Shown in pieces: positions 59,039 to 64,000 of a stretch of 64,000 bases of DNA. Each line of letters starts with the position of its first letter. The first letter of the stretch is position 1. Origin of the DNA: an uncultured bacterium (lineage in GTDB: Bacteria; Verrucomicrobiota; Verrucomicrobiia; Limisphaerales; UBA8199); assembly GCA_963749495.1 (NCBI GenBank), contig CAVVMW010000013.1, positions 16,299-80,298 on the forward strand. Reading direction: 5' to 3'. The position numbers and the translations under genes were made by a program. A model generated the notes under the pieces. That model was not told where the DNA came from. It was given only the letters and a program-made list of their open reading frames with translations, and did no database searches.

Positions 59039-59723
59039 GCGCAAAGAGGATCATCGTCCTCGCCTGCGGTCTGGCGGTCGCGGTGATAGGGGCGATTGCG
59101 CTGCTGGCCCGGACTTCGGCCCGAAGAGTGCGGGTCTGGCCGAAAGAGAACAGGCGATGGCGGCGCTAGGGGCTTGCATTGCCAGGCTCAGGCCGCATTG
59201 CCAGGTGCTGGTACTCTGCAATCCGTTTGCCAAGACCGCCGGGTATCTCGATGCGAAGACCCAGTTTGAGCGGGCGGCCCTTTCCGGCTTGCGCAAGGGC
59301 CTGGGCCGGCGCGTCCCCGTCACGGTGGTCTTCCCGGAGATCCGGGCCGAATATTACACCGATCGCCAGTCCCTCTTCCTCCCGCCCGAGTGCCGCACAC
59401 CGCTCAGTTTTGCGATCCAGCCCGCATCGGTGAACCAACTCGCGGAAGCGCATCCCCAGTGCCAGGTCATTGTGAGTCTGATCGGCTTGCCGTCCGGAGT
59501 GGAGCAACTGAAAATCTGGAGCGACAAGGACCCCCGGTGCTTCGCGCTGCTCCTGCCCGACTTGCGCGTGCTCGGCCCCTCGGAGAAGGCCGTGGGAGCT
59601 TTTCAGGCTGGCAAACTCCTGGCGGCCGTGGACCGCGATGCCGCGTCCGGCGATCCGCTGATTGTCACGCGCGACAACGTTGAAGCCGTTCTCCAACGCC
59701 AACCGCAAGCTTTGGGTTACTGA
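59035..59723 (+). CDS. Membrane-anchored hypothetical protein; frameshift at ~59115
   Basis: ATGA overlap with the pilin gene; TM segment in one frame, body (VLVLCNPF...VIVSLIGLP...IVTRDNV) in another. Confidence 0.55.
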
Positions 59724-59734
59724 TTCAACACTTT

Positions 59735-60646
59735 ATGCGTTGCCCCATGCGTTCATTGTCACTGTCGCTCCTTATCTGCGCCGCGCTGGCTTCCAGTGCG
59801 GCCTTTGGTCAATCGCTTTCCATCATCAAAGGAGGCGAAAACAACTATTGGATCGAGGCCAGCGCGCCCGCGAACAATCCCCAAACCCTCCAAGCCAGTG
59901 CGAATCTGCATCTCTGGGCGGACATCCATGACCCGGTGCAGGGGCAGTACTCAAGCCAGCTGGATGGAATGGCGGTTGCGCAGCGTTATTTTCGGCTGGT
60001 GCCTTCGGCGCCGCCGGCGCCGCCCATAGTGGTCATGCTGCTCGGGGATTCGGTGACCTCCGACTATACCGGTTGGGGAGGAGGCATGTATGGTTACTTC
60101 AAGCCGAATGCGACCGTTGTCAACTACGCCATGGCCGACACCAGCACCAAGGAGTTCCTGCAGTCGGACGAGCTGGACAAGATGCTGTTGGTGAAGCCCA
60201 ATGACGTCCTCATCGCGTACGGCAGAGTTGATGCCTATGGGGACCCCGATCGATTCACCACCCTGGAAGAATTCCGGACCAATTTGGTGACCATTTGCCA
60301 GATAGTGCGCGGCTTCGAGGGAGTCCCCATCCTCGTCACAGTGCTTGCCGCCAGGAATTTTGATGAGAACGGCATGGTGAGTCCTTTGTTCCCGGATCGA
60401 ACTGCCGTTATCAAGGAGGTGGCTGCCGAGCTCCAGACGCCCCTGATCGACCTGAGCCAACTCTCTGTGGACCTGTTCAACCAACTGGGCCCGAGTGGTA
60501 CGCAGTTTATGAATTATTCGTCTAGCGATAACGTGCACTTGTCGCCGGCGGGCGCGGTGGTCGTTGCCCGGCTGGTCGTCAACGCTGTTCCGGACGCTCT
60601 CGGTCCTTACCTGACCGGAATCTTCGATCCCCCACCCATACCGTAG
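59735..60646 (+). CDS. Secreted SGNH/GDSL esterase, rhamnogalacturonan acetylesterase (CE12)-like
   Basis: LLGDSVT..GWG, VVNYA, PLIDL, DNVHLSPAGA. Confidence 0.8.
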   Translation: MRCPMRSLSLSLLICAALASSAAFGQSLSIIKGGENNYWIEASAPANNPQTLQASANLHLWADIHDPVQGQYSSQLDGMAVAQRYFRLVPSAPPAPPIVVMLLGDSVTSDYTGWGGGMYGYFKPNATVVNYAMADTSTKEFLQSDELDKMLLVKPNDVLIAYGRVDAYGDPDRFTTLEEFRTNLVTICQIVRGFEGVPILVTVLAARNFDENGMVSPLFPDRTAVIKEVAAELQTPLIDLSQLSVDLFNQLGPSGTQFMNYSSSDNVHLSPAGAVVVARLVVNAVPDALGPYLTGIFDPPPIP

Positions 60647-60693
60647 GCGCAGAATGTGGAAGTACCCAGTGGAACAAAGCAGCAATTCTCATT

Positions 60694-61881
60694 TTGCCAA
60701 CCGCAGTGAGCCTTTGTCGCAAACTTTGTCGCGAACTTTGGATGACATATCGGAGTTCCAAGCACGCTGGGCGTTCCCCTCTCCTCCTCGGCAGGAGCGG
60801 GGGACCGATTGGGCACGCTTGGTGTACCACAGCGTCATCCAAAGTTGGGTGCAGTGGGGCCGTGCTGGCGTCTGCGCTGTGGCTCGCGCTGCTCTCACCG
60901 GTCCTGGCCGCTGGGGCTGGCGGCGACGGAGTCTGGCTCGAGGGAGAGACGATGTCCTCCAATACGTTCCAATTTTCGTTTGCAGCCAACGCCGGCCAAA
61001 CCTATCCCATCGCGGTTTCGGTTGACCTGGTTCATTGGAGTTTGCTTACGAATGTAGTTGGGCAGGGAGGCCCGCTCTGGTTCGCCGACCAGGAAGCCCC
61101 GAGCGTTCCGCAGCGCTTTTACGAGATTACCGTTCCGATAACGCCGGTGACGAACGTGGTTTACATTCAACCAGGCACTTTCACGATGGGCAGCCCTGAG
61201 TCCGAAGCGAGCCGCTCCACAAACGAAGGACCGCAGACGGAGGTGACAATTTCGCGGGGGTTCTGGATCGGCAAGTATGAGGTGACCCAAGAGGAGTGCG
61301 TGGCGGTGCTCGGAACGAACTTCTCGTTTTTTGAGTGGTCTCCGCGGCTGCCGTGCGAGTGGATGAGCTGGGACATGGCGACTAATTACTGCTATAAGCT
61401 GACTGAACGGGAACGTGCTGGCGGACGCTTGCCGGTCGGTTACGCTTACCGCTTGCCAACTGAAGCGGAGTGGGAGTATGCGTGCCGAGCGGGTACGGCT
61501 ACCCCTTTCGGCATTGGTGATGGCACGAGCCTGAGTTCTTACCAAGCCAATTTCGACGGGACCTTTCCCTACGGCGGAGCGCCCCGAGGCCCCTATTTCG
61601 ACGGGACGACCATTGTCGGAAGCTACGGTCCGAACGCCTGGGGACTTTATGACATGCACGGGAACGTCTGGGAATGGTGTCAAGACTGGTATGGCCCCTA
61701 CCCCGGCGGCAAGGTAACCGATCCGAAGGGTCCCGCCAGGGGCTCGGCTCGCGTGCTCCGCGGAGGCGGCTGGACCAGCGCGGGCAAGGCCTGCCGGTCC
61801 GCCGAGCGCGACAGCGGCTCGCCAACCTTCCAGAATTACAACAACGGTTTCCGCGTGGTCCTGTCTTCAACTGCCGGGTGA
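60694..61881 (+). CDS. Formylglycine-generating enzyme (SUMF1/FGE-sulfatase) domain protein, secreted; start uncertain
   Basis: FTMGSP, YEVTQ, RLPTEAEWEYACRAG, NAWGLYDMHGNVWEW, RGGGW, GFRVV. Confidence 0.88.
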   Translation: MPTAVSLCRKLCRELWMTYRSSKHAGRSPLLLGRSGGPIGHAWCTTASSKVGCSGAVLASALWLALLSPVLAAGAGGDGVWLEGETMSSNTFQFSFAANAGQTYPIAVSVDLVHWSLLTNVVGQGGPLWFADQEAPSVPQRFYEITVPITPVTNVVYIQPGTFTMGSPESEASRSTNEGPQTEVTISRGFWIGKYEVTQEECVAVLGTNFSFFEWSPRLPCEWMSWDMATNYCYKLTERERAGGRLPVGYAYRLPTEAEWEYACRAGTATPFGIGDGTSLSSYQANFDGTFPYGGAPRGPYFDGTTIVGSYGPNAWGLYDMHGNVWEWCQDWYGPYPGGKVTDPKGPARGSARVLRGGGWTSAGKACRSAERDSGSPTFQNYNNGFRVVLSSTAG

Positions 61882-63034
61882 GACGACCGCCGGCACCGCC
61901 ACCCGCTGCCAACCTTCGACGCCCAGCCCGATATTCTCTTTCGACGAATTCCCAAAGCACGACTTTCTTGCTCTTGAGGAACACCGGACGGGCGTGGAGT
62001 CCCCGTCGCACCAGGGTCGCACCGCCGCCGTCGTTGACCAATGCCATCATCGGTTGCTGGAGCTCTTTGGCCAGGTGCGCGATGAAACCCGCGGATTCTG
62101 GTTCGTCTTGTTGGTAAATTCGCATGAAGCTGTCGCCGAGCACGAGAATTTCGGCTTCCGCCTCATCTTTGTACGGCTGGCCATTGTCGCGACGGACTAC
62201 CTGGGCACACGAGACGGTTTCGGGAGCCACCCGGCGTTCGACGGGCGGCACTTGCAGCATCCGCAGGATATCTCCCAACCGCCACACCGGCATGACTCGC
62301 TCCGTGTACAAGACCCGGCCGGGCCTGGCCCAGCCCAATTCCAGCAACCGTTGCGCCGCCGCCTTTGTCGCCAGACCCACACCGGCTGGCGACCAGTGGG
62401 TATCCTGCGCCAGGTAGAGAGGAACCGGGGGAACCGAACCGCTCTGCTGGCGTGCGTGCTCAAACTCTTTGAACAGGTCGAGCACCTCCACCTTGGCCGT
62501 CCGAAGCCTTTCCAGTAACTCTCGGGTCCCAGGCGCCAGCACCCCGTGCCCGGGCCTCACCCGGCGCGTCAGCCGGTCCGGATAGACGCTTTCCTTGTTC
62601 GGGACCGGCATGACCAACAGTCGGATGCCCTGCGCGGCGAGTTGATCCCGAAAATCCACAATCGCGGTCACCGGGTCGTTGGTGGCGTTGGACGGCTTGG
62701 CGCGCTCAGGGCGGGCCAGCATGTAATTCAGCCCGGGCTTGTAGAAGTACCATCCCTCTGGTCCGATGACCACCTTCTCCCCGCCCTCCTTCAGCCAGGA
62801 GAAATGAGCAAACTGAAGTAATGGCCGGCTCAGCCGCGCTGCCCAGTTAGCTGCCTCTAAATCTCGCTCGTAAGCGCGCAAGTTAGCGGCAGTGGGCATC
62901 TGGCTGAACAGCTCAAACGCTCGGATTCCGTTGTCTCCGCGCGTTTCGATGAGGGCTTGGACTAGCGGCACGCCGGCGATGATCCCGAGGAACATCAGGA
63001 TCAAAACCCATTGGGGATCACGAAGACGCTTCAT
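61867..63034 (-). CDS. algJ: AlgJ/AlgX-like SGNH polysaccharide O-acetyltransferase; 1-bp frameshift at ~61934
   Basis: VPNKESVYP, QDTHWSP, LGDSF, WEFVER; removing one A gives ERDIGLGVEGWQRV...* ending at 61867. Confidence 0.75.
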
Positions 63035-63040
63035 GGCCGG

Positions 63041-64000
63041 TCAAAATTGGAAATAGAGGAAGGGGTTGAAAGCCTGCGAGAACATCGCGACCAGTGAAAA
63101 CACAAACAGCGGAACCAACGCCGCGGCCCGTCCCCAGGTCACCGGCGACTGCGCCCAATCGTGGGCCTGTAAAGGCTGGAAGACCAGGCCGCGCAGATGC
63201 CGAGAACCAGCAGGTGGTAAGGAGTGTAAATTGTTGCTGCCAGCAATGGGGCGATGGTTCCGATAGAGCCCAGGCCAACATCGCCATGAAATAATCTCTG
63301 GCCGCGGTCAGGTTATCGGCACGAAACAAAACCCACGACAGCAGCACCAGCAGAAACGTGAGGCCGATGCGTGCTGGCCGCGGCAGCACCTGGTAAAGGC
63401 TGCGTTTTCCACGCCACCTTTCCAAGGCCAGGAGCAGCCCATGGAACGCGCCCCAGACCACAAAGTTCCACTTGGCACCGTGCCATAAGCCCCCCAACAC
63501 CATCACCACCGCGAGATTGAAATAGGTTCGCCCTTCTCCCTTCCGATTGCCGCCGAGCGCATAGTATAAATAATCCCGCAACACGCTGGATAGGGAGATG
63601 TGCCAGCGCCGCCAAAGTTCCGTGATGCTCTCGGAACGGTAGGGCGCGTCGAAGTTCTTCAGGAACTCAAACCCCAGCATGCGTCCGATACCGACGGCCA
63701 TGTTCCGATAACCGGAGAAATCGAAGTAGATTTGGAACGTGTACGCGATTACTCCCACCCAGGCATCGAGCGCATAGGGGCTGGCCGCGTTGAACACCGC
63801 GTCGGCCACTTGCCCGCAAGGGTTGGCCAGCAAAACCTTCTTGGCAAAGCCAACCACGAAAATGGAAACACCCGAAGCAAACCGTGCCACCGTGTGTTGG
63901 CGTTCCTGCAATTGTTCGGCGAGGGTCTTGTAGCGGATAATCGGGCTGGCGACCAGGTCCGGAAACAACGCAACAAAGGCCAAAAAGTTTGAGAACGAGT
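63041..64000 (-). CDS. algI: AlgI-like MBOAT O-acyltransferase, partial; frameshifts at ~63280 and ~63190
   Basis: QIYFDFSGY, NFDAPY, WRRWHISLS, GLWHGA; corrected frame ends FNPFLYFQF*. Confidence 0.85.

Noticed and set aside
60712..60740. Short TTTGTCGC(A/G)AAC tandem repeat
   Set aside because: Only about two units; looks like an ordinary short intergenic repeat with no supportable function.
61499..61866. C-terminal extension of the AlgJ-like ORF overlapping the FGE gene
   Set aside because: Result of a 1-bp insertion at ~61934; the corrected frame stops at 61867.

Overview
GC-rich bacterial window. Gene content points to Verrucomicrobiota, probably Pedosphaera/Limisphaera-like (ECF sigma + FecR/LamG pair, H-X9-DG prepilin-like gene, Ig-domain secreted proteins); this is an inference. 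Positions 0.4-43.5 kb are glycan-degradation cargo. A pectin/fucose-type block (GH141-like, peptidase-GH95, GH78-like, GH2) is followed by a mostly minus-strand arabinoxylan block (GH67, GPH transporter, GH3, CE1, CE1-malectin-GH51, GH27, CE6, GH10, ECF/anti-sigma, GH43s, GH146/127). Each block ends in a ~200-bp att-like repeat (14951-15152 and 45201-45402) carrying the 3' half of tRNA-Arg(TCG), and the two copies have different but compensated T-arms. A 5' half of tRNA(CAT), an excisionase-like ORF and defence-gene debris lie at 44.1-46.1 kb; no integrase is visible. The cargo has about 20 large deletion junctions, giving truncated, internally collapsed and chimeric genes interleaved with intact ones; at least one junction sits on a clear microhomology. 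A 30-bp ECF-promoter-like motif occurs four times. The right third holds an ISAs1-family IS, surface/secreted proteins, TA remnants, a truncated transposase and algJ/algI-like genes. It also has many 1-bp frameshifts, probably sequencing errors. Family calls rest on motifs recognised by eye, not on database searches.
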